A stretch of DNA of 64,000 nt from the human T2T-CHM13v2.0 reference genome, Homo sapiens. The stretch is taken from the NCBI RefSeq assembly GCF_009914755.1, contig NC_060929.1; one strand, given 5' to 3'. The notes under the pieces are model-generated. The model was not told the origin of the DNA, did not search any database, and saw only the letters and a list, made by a program, of their open reading frames with translations. Below, piece after piece: positions 1 through 11,474 of this stretch; the first letter of the stretch is position 1; every line of letters begins with the position of its first letter. The position numbers and the translations under genes were made by a program.

Positions 1-269
1 ACAACCTCGAGGCACCCCCGGCCGTACAGGCGGGTTGCCTGTGCCTCTCATGCCTGCAGGTCTGGCCTCAGCCCCGTGGGATACCGCCATCTGGGGAACA
101 CCTTTAATGCAACCACCATTTGTGCCTGGCAGCAAGGGGTCTGTGGCCCAAAAGCCCCTCCCAGCCAGGGCGGGCTGCACTCTGCAGGGAACCTGGGTGC
201 CCCAGGTGGCTTGTAGCCCCCCTCCCACACACTCTGGCTGCAACTCCGACAGCCCAGGCTGCCGGCACC

Positions 270-355
270 AGCTGGCTCCTCTCTGCAAGGCCTGCGGAGG
301 TGAACTCAGACACTGACTCCCCACCCCCGCCCCGGTCCCACAAACCATTGGGTAG
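270..355 (-). promoter_or_regulatory. Candidate TATA-less promoter pointing out of the left end of the window
   Basis: Minus strand reads CCCAATGG (CCAAT at 347-351), GGGGCGGGG GC box (325-333), then Inr-like TCAGTGT (310-316). CpG density over 1-340 is higher than in the bulk of the window. Confidence 0.45.
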
Positions 356-1113
356 GGGCTGCTGGAGAGGACAGAGTCCTCCCTCCTGCCTGGGTGTGGT
401 GCTGAAAGGGTTACATAGCAAAGGCTCTCCCTCTTCTGGCTCCCAGAAAGCCTGAGCCTGCGGTTTGCCTGCCTAGCTCTGCCTGAGGTGTCCCCTTACA
501 GCCATCCCAACCAGAATCCAAGTCAAAGATCATCTCACCCAGTCCTCTGTCTCCTCAGGAAGGGTCCGAAGGCCTCTCTGGACAGGATTCTCCTTAGGAG
601 AGCCTGAAGCAGGCTTAGGACTCTGGGTCAAGGCCAGGGACTCGAGCTCCAGGGCTGTCTGGGGATGCGGCCAGAACTTGAGGCCAAACTTGTGGGGTGG
701 GAACACAGAAAGGGGGAAGCTGGAGGTGATGGCCCCGCAAAGGGCTGATCTTGGGGCGCAAGTCTGTCTCATCAGGGGCCAGCTCTGGTGGGGGGGGGGC
801 AGGTGTAAGAGACAACCCTTGTACCCCACCCCAACTGAGGGAGAGCGAGTACCCACCCCACTTCACACAGTATCACTTTCTGTGAGGTGGGCAGCAAGGG
901 GCCCTGGGCAGAACCAGAGCCAGGGGCCAGGTCTCACTTCTGCTTCAACCCCTGCTCTTCAGTTTCCAAAATGGCATTCATATCCATCCCTCCTCAGCCT
1001 TTGGGGTACTGCCTTGGTTCATTCCCTCTTCCTATCCCATAGACAATGGTCTCCTTGCTTGAAGTCTTGCCTCTCAGTTCTGACCTCTCCAAGGCCATCA
1101 GAGTGAGCTTTCT

Positions 1114-1411
<298 letters not shown>

Positions 1412-1669
1412 CAGACTGAGCTTTCTAAAACACAAACTAGATCACTTCACTCATTGTAACCCATGGGTTAAACCTAAACTCCTCATGGGTGTCCAAAGCC
1501 CTATTCTACCTGGCCCTAGCTCACAGCCTTCTAGCCCCCAAAGCCTATACCTCAGCCACTTTACTTACAAGTCACACACACTTACTCTATCTCCTCTCAT
1601 ACCTTTGCACATACTATACTAATCTCTCTGCCCAGGATCTCTCTCCCTTTTTGGCCTACCTGATCTCTG

Positions 1670-2410
1670 TATTCATTTGTTTGGTAAATAGGTAGTCAGG
1701 CTTACTGTGTTTCGGGCACAGTGCTAGGTGCTGGAGATACGGCAGTGAGCAAGACAGACATGGGCCCTCCTTACGTAAAGGCTGGTGGGGATGGAAAAAT
1801 ACCTAATTACACAAATAATGGATTGATTAAAATTTGTGTGAAATATTAAGGAGACATGCATTCAACAAACCTTTATATATGTTGACACACAGCTTGACAG
1901 AGGGAACAAACTGTAGTGAAGGAAGGCTTTCCCCAGGAAACACTTAAACTGGGATTTGAAGTATGAGTAGGAGTTGGCCATATTAAGAGGTACTGGGGGA
2001 AGAGTATTCCTGGCAGAAGTATCAGCACATCCAATATCCCTGAAGCAAGAAGGAGCTTTTTTACCTTTGAAAAAGAGTATGCTGAGGGCTGTGTGTGTGC
2101 GTGTGTGTGCATGTGCACATGTGTGTATGGGATGTGGGTATATGAGTGTGAGTGTGCACATGGGTGTGTATGTGCATGAGGTGTGTGTACATATGAGTGT
2201 ATGCCTGTGTCTAAGGTGTGTGTGTGTACACGTGGGGTTTGTGGGAGGTCTGTGGACTGATGGTATAAATGTTGTAAAAGGAGCCTGGAGAGGAGGCAGG
2301 CAGTGGTCAGATCAAGCAGGACAGTTGTAGGTCCAATGAAGACATTGGGGTTTAATCTTAAGAGCAATGGTCTGCTATGGAAAGCTCTTCAGCAGGTATG
2401 TGAGGGGTGG
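1670..2410 (-). mobile_element. L2 3' fragment interrupted by a TG-rich tract
   Basis: attcatttg...ggcacagtgctaggtgctggagatac...aagacagac and gaaggctttccccagga...gaagtatgagtaggagtt match the antisense L2 3' end. Confidence 0.8.
2090..2235. repeat. Degenerate (TG)n tract
   Basis: About 145 bp of alternating purine-pyrimidine TG/CA/TA units. Confidence 0.9.
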
Positions 2411-3009
2411 GAGAGGGCAACGATGAGATCCTCTGCTTCCTGAATTCTTTTGATGTATCCCTCTAAGAACACTTGACTGTTGTTTTTCATTTCCACCTCC
2501 GTCTCTTCCACTACAGTAAAAGCCCCTTTGGGATTGTGACCCCAGTTTCTGGTACAAGGTAGGTAGTAGGTACCTCCTTGTGGGACAGATAAGTGACCCT
2601 CCTTCCACTAGTAAAGAATGGCCAAGGGTATCAGCAAGAAAAAAATGGCTCAAACTGGGGGATTGCAGCCAGATGAAGACAATTCTCCTGGGGGTAGCTC
2701 TCCCAGCAGTCCAGAGCAGCTCATGACTTGGTATCAAATGAATGATACGAGTCAGAAATGGCATGGAAATTCAAAGGGGGCACGAGCACTCTCCCTGGAC
2801 TGGAGTATCCAGATCTAGTGCTGAGGGAGGTTGGGCTTGAAGAAGAGCTTGAAGGATGGGTAGGATTTTGATGGGGGTCAGGTGAGAGATTCCAGATGAG
2901 TGGGATACGACAAAGATCTAGGGGGAGCATTCCCTGGGCACCTGCCCAGGAGACAATGAGCAGACCAGGTTTATGTTAGGAAACTATGGGAGCTGCAAAT
3001 ACACACGGA

Positions 3010-3250
3010 AAACACTTACGGGACACGTACTATCTGCCTCAGCCTAGTGCTAAGCACTTTACACATTTTCTCTCTTGTTATCCTCACGACAATCCTGTGA
3101 GGGAGGTCAACTCTTATTCCCATTTTACAGATGAGGAAACAAAGGCTAGGAGTAACGAGTCTTCTCATTCACAGTCATGTACCCAGGAAGCTGCAATGCA
3201 AGGACTCCGGCCTTCGCCATTTTTCACTAGGACCCATGCTCTTTACTCTG
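3010..3250 (-). mobile_element. MIR
   Basis: Core cccattttacagatgaggaaac preceded by gtgctaagcactttacac...atcctcacgacaatcctgtgag. Confidence 0.9.
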
Positions 3251-3584
3251 AGACTAGACTGCTTGTGAGCAGGTGAGAGATACACTTGGACTGCCAGCTG
3301 AGGCTTTTGGGCCTTATTTAGTAAATAATGGGAAGTTGAGGATGGTTTTTTGAGGAAGGGAGTGACTTGTGTATTAGAGAAATTAATCTGACTGGAATGT
3401 GCAGGATGGATGGGAAGGAGAAGATAGTGGAGACGAGGGAGTCAGCAAAGCAGGTCAGCCATCAAATATTTCCTTAGAGCCCTTTATGCGCCAGGCTCTG
3501 AACATCTTGAGGGTCAGGTGAGGAGTACCTGAACCAGCAGTGAAGACAGTGAAAATGGTAGCAGGAAGAGTCACTAATATGATA

Positions 3585-3780
3585 GTATTAACTCACTTAA
3601 TTCTTCACAACACCACTATGGAGTAGGTCTACTATTATTCCCATTTTGCAGTTGAAGAAACTGAAGTGCAGAGAGGTGAGGTAATTTTTGTCTAAGTCAA
3701 TACCTAGTAAGTGGCAGAGCAAGGTTAGGAACCCTTGCAGTTGGGTATCCAGAGCTCACTCTTAAGCACAGCTCTATGGT
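3585..3780 (-). mobile_element. MIR
   Basis: ttaattcttcacaacacc...cccattttgcagttgaagaaactgaag core. Confidence 0.85.
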
Positions 3781-6700
3781 GTTGCTCAAGAAGATAGGAG
3801 ATGAGAGAGAGTAGAGAAAGCCCTCACCCCTCAAGCCTAACCACTGGTCGCAAGACCTGCACAGTCTCCACAGCCCTATGACTGATGCTTAGTTCCTGGG
3901 TCATGGGCAGGTGGAGAGAGTCACGAGGCACCCTGGGGCATGCCAGCTGGGCTCCCACTTCCCCAGCCTCCCAGTTTCCAGAGCAAAGGTTTCTCAGGGG
4001 AGGGAGGACAGCCAGGCATCTGGAGCACCTCTGGCCTGGACCAGGGCTCTTGCCAGGAGCTTGAAAATGACCCTGTGAGCCAGGCCTGTTGCCATGGGAA
4101 CTCTTTCCTCTTACCACAGGTTGTGCAATGCCCTGTACAACCTCATGCAGAGTGAGCAGGGCTTGGGGATGGGCCCAGAGACCACATCACCCCAAAAAGA
4201 CCCACCCTATTTTCACAATGGGACGCTAATAGTAACATAACAAGTTAATTCAATTCCTTTAAGAAGAAAAAACACAATATTTAACTGGCTTACAAACTTT
4301 TTTCCTTTTTAACATTTTCCCTTCCACTTTGAGGCTGTGCCATGGCAAACTTTGAAGTTTAGGAAAGTTTAGACTTGTTTGAGTCATGTGCAAAAATGCC
4401 TTTCAGTGAAAGGGGAAAAAACCCCATACTACCTCTTCCCCTACCTGAGACTTTGGGACTCCGAGTCTTACCTATACAATTCTCCTGCAAGGGGGTCTTG
4501 GGAACCATGCTGAAGTTTTCCCACTCCCCTTGGACTCACTATGTCATGGGAATTATTGGGGGAGAGCTTCAGTGGCCTCAGATTAGGGAGAGCCTTAAGC
4601 AGTTCCTTGAACCCACTCTCTCCATCCCAGTTGAAGACATCCCTGAGCCATCTCCAAGCCCACGGTATGTTTGCCCGTGAGTTAAAAGTCCTTGGAGGAT
4701 ATGAGGCTACTGCTACCCTTAGCCCTTCTCATTTTAGTGCCTGAAAGTCATGAGGCACACTCCTCACTCAGTGAGGCTGCCAGAGGAGGAAATAGATCAA
4801 AATGCCACTCCCTGCAGGACCAGAGAAATTCCCAGTTATCCAGAAGGATTATGCAAAGCCTGGAAGCCCATTCCCCACATGACTCTAGGATGCAGTGGGG
4901 GCCTGGATGCAGCCAGTCAGTTCCTGAGGAGTGCATGGGGGCCAGACCCAGTTGCCTAGGCCTGGAGAGCCCCCTAATGCATCAGAGCTGAGAGATAGGG
5001 CCTCTTGCCAAATCTGCATCATGGCCTGTAGCTTCAGCATCCCTGTAAGCCGCAATGGGTTTCTTCTCTTAAAAAAGTTTATTCGTGCCTCTGCCTCCCT
5101 CAGTCAGTGCAGAGAACTAGGTGGCCAGAAAGAAGGGGGCTGTATCGGCTGGATAAAAAGGGCAAGCTTGGATACTGGAACACTTTTGTTTGGGCCCAGT
5201 TTTGCTCCTGAGATTAGGTTAATCTGAAAAAGTCATTTTCCACACCAGGCACTCAGGCTATGAAACAGGGAGATACACTTCCAGATTCCTCTGTCAGCCA
5301 ACCCGGAAAGCCTGTCTACCAAGAATCTGGATGGCTGAAGGAGTAAGGGCTACAGATTGCTGCAGAAAAGCTTTTGATTGCCAGGTGAGAATGCTTCTAG
5401 AGACATACACAGCCCTGTGAACCCTGGCTGTTCCCCTCAGAATTGTGCCTGGCTGCTCAACACATGCACACACACATTCCTCGTTAAGTGAATGAACTTC
5501 ACTGATTCCTGGAACAGCTGAGAAATTGATATCCACCTACCCAGACTCCAAACCCTGTCCTCCACAGACTGTGACGTTCTGAGCAAGACTTAGTTTCCCC
5601 TTCAAAACAAAAACAAACAAACAAAAAATGGGCCCACAGGCCTTTCTCACGGGATTTCAGAGTGGATGAGGAAATTCATCTCTCATCTCCCTGAAATGAG
5701 GACGCTTGAAAAGGGCCCAGTCTTAGGCAGCTCCTTATGTTCGGAGGCCCTTTCCAATAGTGATTAGCCGCACCACCTTGCCATGCCCTTTTGACCCTGT
5801 CCCCTTTTCCTTTGCTCCTATGGGACACAAGTTCAGATGTTGCAGTGCCTGAGCTGGGACTCTGGTTGTAGGAGCTGCCATGGTGGGCACCTCTGTCCCC
5901 ACTCCCACATTAGGAGGCTCTTCTTGCTTCAGCCCACCCAATCCCAAACCCAGAAGAGAATTCATCCTCCCTGCTTCATTTTCAGACCCTCTTTGGAGAG
6001 AGCAGAAGGTGGAAGGGAAGAGGCAGACCCATCCCAGGAGAAGCCTCAGGAGCAAACTGGGAGGGACCAGAAGAGAGAAGAAAGCATTGGCCGAAGAGAA
6101 GGTGGGGAGCCTCCCCTGGCTCCAGGGGCCGGGAGAAGAAAGCCAAGCAGCAATGGGAGAGCAAACGAGGGGAGAGGTGAGGCAACAGGCAGGCCTGGAC
6201 AGGGCTGGGAGCAGGACGGGGAGAGGAAGTGAGAAGCTGGAGCAGCCCCAACAATGGGGTGGGGGGACAGCATGTGAACAAGAGGACAAAGGAGGACAGC
6301 AGAGCAGGCTCTAATTCCAGTGTCCCCGGGGCCTGCTGTGTGCCCTTGGGTAAGTACTTTTCTCTCTCTGGCCTGCCTCCCCATCTAGAAAATGTGAGGT
6401 TGGACTAAATGATGTTGAGAGATCCTCACACCTGAGGAACCTAAGGTTCTAAACCTCCCAGTGAGAGGGGAAGGACTGGGAGTAGAGGAGCGGATGACCC
6501 CCAGGCCCAAGAGGAAGAAGAGATGTTACTCTGTCCACCAGCTCTTCTCCCAGCCCCATGATCTCTCTCAGCCCCCACCTTCTGGGGCTTCTTGTCCTGG
6601 ATGAAGCCCATGGTTGTTGTTTGCAAGCCCCTCTGTTAGGCTGGGAGAGGCAGTCAGGAGCTGGCAGAAAGCCTGCGGCATGGTACCAGGCCCTGCTGCA

Positions 6701-7445
6701 GGTGAGTAAGCTGCCTGGATTCCTGCTGCCAGCCTCTTCCAGGGCATGCCTTGGGGTAAATAGCCCCATCTGCAGGGAGACACCTGGGAGACTCCTGCAC
6801 TTTATCTTGGGTGACCCTGAGCCACAGTTCTCACTGAGGTGAGAGGTGGGAGCCTGTCTACCTTCCCCAGGATGGGGGGTGATTCAACCCTTCTGCCTGC
6901 CCCCCTCATCAAGCTAACTACATAATTGCACAGCAATAATAACAACCGGCACTTACACACCAAGGCCTATGTAAGTACCTAATTTATTTATATAATGACA
7001 TAATGACTTGTTTGCTGGCCTGGGGGCTCTGGGGACCATGAGCAAGGCCTTAGCTACTATCTATACCACCCTGGGGTACAGTGACTGCATGGATCAGCAA
7101 CCCAAGGGAGCCGTGGTTCCCAGAAACAGTTGTCCCCCGCTGTGGCTCCCATCCTAGCCTAGCAGAGGTAATGAGTGGCCCACCCTCTTGGATGGAATTT
7201 GCTCACATCTCTCTATCCATTCTGGGAGGTCAGGCTGCAGGGGTCAGCATCCATTCTTATTCCCTTGAGGACTGAGGGGGATCCTCTAGAAGGATGCAAT
7301 CTCTTTCCAGGCAGAGAGACAATTCAACCCAGGCTGGCAAATTTGGAGAGACTCCTGGTCACCGCCCAAGGAAACGAGAGGCCTTGCCCAATATAGGCAT
7401 TTATGAGCCCAGAGGCAAAAAATTCTCTTCTCTCTCTCAGCTCTG

Positions 7446-7483
7446 CCCAGCCTAGCCCAACCCAGCCCAGCCCTGCCCACCCC
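7446..7483. repeat. (CCCAG)n pentamer tract, G-quadruplex-capable on the minus strand
   Basis: cccag cctag cccaa cccag cccag ccctg cccac ccc. Confidence 0.8.
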
Positions 7484-8977
7484 AGGCTTGGCTGCTCCTG
7501 GGACAACAGCCCAACTTCCCTGGCCTGGTCTGGGTACTGGTTCCCAAGCCAGACTTAGCCCTTCTGGGAATTTCCTCAATGGACGATGTCACAGACACTA
7601 ACTTCACAGTGGTTATGGCAGGTCTCAGGGACCCTAGAGACCCAGCTCTGGCCCTGCCCTCCTTCCCACTGCCCCAAATCATCCATTCTTTCTCCTCAGA
7701 GCACCCATTTAGAGCTTATGAAAGTTCCAGCACTAACCACAAAGCAAAGAACCACTAGACCAAGACTGCTGGCTCTTGGGGTACACTGGAACTGCAAATA
7801 CCATAATTTACCCAGGAGAAGGATATGCAAATTCCAAGCAGATATGATATGGAGATAGGGTCAGGAAACCTGAATTATCCTTTTAGCTCAATCAGTTTTC
7901 TTCTGGTGGTTCCTGGGGAAGTCATATTTTCCCTTTGCGCCTCAACGTGTACTTACCTGTGAACCAAGGGAAAACCGAAATGCTTTCCAGGGCCCTTTCT
8001 AGCAGTAAATCTTCAAAGAGGAGCCCTGAGTCTCCACATATGTTTCCAGCTCTAGGACCTTTGTTCCTTGCCATCAGCTGCTGCTCTACAGCTGGCCCTC
8101 TGCCAGCCTCCCTCCCACCTTTGAAGGTCAACTACTGGTTCTCTGGAAACCTCTACCCTTCCAAGCCCAGTCTGTGGATGTATGTGGGGCTGCTCATGGG
8201 AAGTGGCATGCACACACAGGACCTCAGGAGCTCTGAGCACCTGCGCCTGGTTACTGGATGCTTCAGAATTCCTTGCAGGCTTCTTAGGGCTGCAGGCAAC
8301 AGCATTTAATCAGCACCCTGCTCATCATGCAACATGTTGACCTTAATGGCCTTGTGAATCTGCACTCACCCCTGTATCCGTTTCTTATACCCTGCCCCAG
8401 TCACTGAGGCTTCTGATGAGTCTGGTGGCCTCTCCACCCACTCTGAAGCAGTGGGTCCTGAAACTTATGGTCACTGAGGTGCCCACCACAAGCCTTTGTC
8501 TAATTGCTTGCATTGTTTTGGGTTTCCGACTGATGTCCAGTGGAGTACTTCCTTTACATGATTTTATCCACAATTTCCCCCTAAATTATTCTGTAGCTTC
8601 AACACTACTAACCCACCCTCTAGACTCAGGGGCTCCCCCGGCAGCCAGAGGATTCATAGCTGAATGGCCTGAGGGGTCCCTATGAGAGCCTTTGTGCCCT
8701 CTCCCCTGCTTTGCCCTCCCCTGCTCCTTGAGCTGTCAGGCTCAGTGCCAGACAATGCTTGCTCCACACCTGCTTAATGACAGGCACAGTGCTGGCCATT
8801 GCAGTATACAAAGACCCTGTCCTCAAGGAGCTTACAATCTAGAGGGAGGACAACACTTACACAGATGGATAAAAATCACAGCTTAAGACAGCAGCAGCAA
8901 CTTATGGACAATTTCCTTTGAGAGATCAGAGTAAGTATCCTGGAACTTCCTTGGAGGGATAGTTAAATGTAACCTGG

Positions 8978-9281
8978 GGTCAGGTGCAGTGGCTCAAGGC
9001 CATAATCCCAGCACTTTGGGAGGCTGAGGAGGGTGAATCGTTTGAGCCCAGGAGTTTGAGATCAGCCTGGGCAGCATGGTGAAACTCTGTCTCTACAAAA
9101 AAATACAAAAATTAGCCAGGCATGGTGGCACACACCTGTAGTCCCAGCTACATGGGAGGCTGAGAGGTGGGAGAATTGCTTGAGCCCAGGAGGTTGAGGC
9201 TGCTGTGAACAACCAAGATCGCTACCACTGCACTCCAGCTTGGGTGACAGACCCTGTCTCAGAAAAAGAAATAATAATAAA
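8978..9281 (+). mobile_element. AluJ
   Basis: J-type ttgagcccaggagtttgag and aggttgaggctgc; diverged TSD aaatgtaacctgg / aaatgacctgg. Confidence 0.95.
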
Positions 9282-10199
9282 AATGACCTGGGGTGGTCTG
9301 TCATGGTGGATTTCCTGTAAAAGGAAGGGGAAGATTCCAATTAGCAGAAAGGTCTGGAGGTGGGATGCGAGCAAGCTAGGAGTGGGAGTATGGCGGTCAG
9401 AAGGAGGTACACTAACTTATAAGGGAAACAGTGGTGCTCCAAACCCCACACCTGTGCCCTCAGGTCTTTCTCTGTCCCTACCACCTCAAGAATTAGGAGT
9501 GCACACATCTGGAGTGGCCTTAAGGCCACCCCAGGCGTGGAACTCAGCCTCGTTCAGAGCTACCTTCCTCTCGCTGCTTTCCAGGGTTCCCAGTATGTGT
9601 ATATACACACATGCACACCCACCTCCAAGCAACAGCTTCATAAGCTCCTCTGCCAAATTCCCCAGGACACTCCCACTCCATTCTCAACCTCTCTCATTCA
9701 CTCATGCCTGTATACATACCTCATAGCCTCATTCCTCCTATCATATACCACCTGCCCATTACATAACTCTGTTTGGGATTATTTTTGCCCAGAGGTATGA
9801 GCTGCATTTCTGCATATTTAAGCTGTCTTTGATTCATTCCTGCCCGTTTCTTAGTTCTGTTTGCCCAGGTGCCCGCCCCACCCACTAGCTCTGAGGCCCC
9901 TGAAAACATGCCCATGTTGGGCTCAGCTTGCCCTACAGCTCCCAGTTCCTTCACTCCAGGTCTAAAGAAGTGGACACACAGCACCACTGGCTCCACTTAG
10001 GTGGGGGCCATTGTAGGCCCCCCAGCTGGTTACAGGGGCCACCACAACCTTGTACCTTCCATTGCTCTCTATTCTTCCCTCCCAGTGAGCCTTGGCCTTT
10101 GTCACCTCATCTTTCCCATCCTCAAGGTTGCGATCCCTGCACTCCCATACATGGCCCCAGGGTGTGGCTCCAGTAATTCAAGGGGGAAGGGGCTGTGGA

Positions 10200-10390
10200 A
10201 GAAAAGACCAAATTATAATTAATGGTTTGTTTCCCATTAAGCTTCTTTCAGACAAACCGGCTTAATGTAATTACGGAAATGGTTGCAAGGGGGCTCTTGT
10301 TGTGCTGTAAAATCATTATCTGACAATCATAATTTTATTTTTAAGAGCTTATTACCAAATAGGCTGTAAATGGCTTTCCAGCCTTCTCTT
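10200..10390. promoter_or_regulatory. AT-rich homeodomain-motif island, candidate conserved developmental enhancer
   Basis: Non-repeat AT-rich patch in GC-rich surroundings with repeated TAAT/TAATTA cores, TGACA, GTAAAA and GTAAAT. Confidence 0.55.
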
Positions 10391-11254
10391 TTCCTACTGA
10401 GATGGGGTGATTTCGTGGACACAGTACAGAGGACAATGGGATTGGGAGAGCATTTCTGCTTGGGGTCACCAGTTGAAATGAGGATTCAATTCAGCAGTTT
10501 CCAGCCTCTGTAAGGAAGTGGCGCCAGCTAAGCTGCCAAGACTTGACAGGTTGGGTGGTGGCCAGGGTCCCCCAGGTCCTGCTTACATTCCACTGGTGCC
10601 TGATGCAGGCCCCTGATCTCTGGATTACCAGGAAGGATGCTGAATTCCTCAGAGGAGATTGCTACCAGGATTTTATTCCCAGTACTGCACTCTGACCAGG
10701 TGTCAGGCTGCACTGCCTGATCTACAGGTGTTTTCTCCGTATATTGTCTGTATATTCAGACAACTCTGAATATTGTCATTCAATTTACAAGTAGCAGAAC
10801 TGTATAGCTTAAAAGATTATGAAAGGCTGTGTGGTAAATTCTAGACGATCAGCTAGTTAAAATGAAAGGAAGGATCATGGTGACATTTGTATCGCAAAAG
10901 ATGAGCTGAGAGTACAGGAGATGCTTTCCTGGAATATGGGACAGCCTGGCAATGACACTGAGTGGGAATCCACAAAACAGGTTCAGAGAATGATGAATAT
11001 TACATTTTGACTGACATGTAGGAAGTCATGGAGATAAGGCTAAAAAGACTGGGTGGGAACCAGGCTGCCCAGAGCACCTGGAGCTCATGCTAAGGGAATG
11101 AAAGGATATTGAAGGGTTCTGAGCAGGAAGGTGACCCAACCCAAACTATACTCTTGGAGGCTCATCCAGCAGCGTCATGCAGGGCAGAATGGAGCAGAGT
11201 CTGGAGGCAGCAAGATTGATCAGCAAAATGTTTAACAATGGGGTGTAGCCTGCA

Positions 11255-11400
11255 GCCTCTGTGGGGTGCTTGCTACAAATGCAAGTACCGATCCCACGAA
11301 AAACATTCTGAATTACAGTCTCTGGGGTGCAGCCAGGACTTGGTATTTGTAACTATTGTGAGGCAGACGGTATATGAAGCACACTTCGAGAAAACTGGTC
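11255..11400. mobile_element. MER5-like hAT-Charlie MITE fragment
   Basis: ggggtgcttgctacaaatgca...ttctgaattacagtctctggggtgcagccagg...ttcgagaaaactg resembles MER5A. Confidence 0.65.
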
Positions 11401-11474
11401 CCAGAGAATCCAGTCCTCACTGCTCAACTTGGCATTTAAAGCTTTCTGTAAAATATCCCCACCATCAATTTTCC

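Noticed and set aside
5735-6384. Five overlapping ORFs of 99-184 aa
   Set aside because: Purine-rich, GC-rich sequence is stop-poor in several frames; no recognisable domain.
6558-6842. ORF containing LLVLDEAH, resembling a DEAH helicase Walker B motif
   Set aside because: No Walker A or other helicase motifs nearby in any plausible exon; a single short motif is expected by chance.
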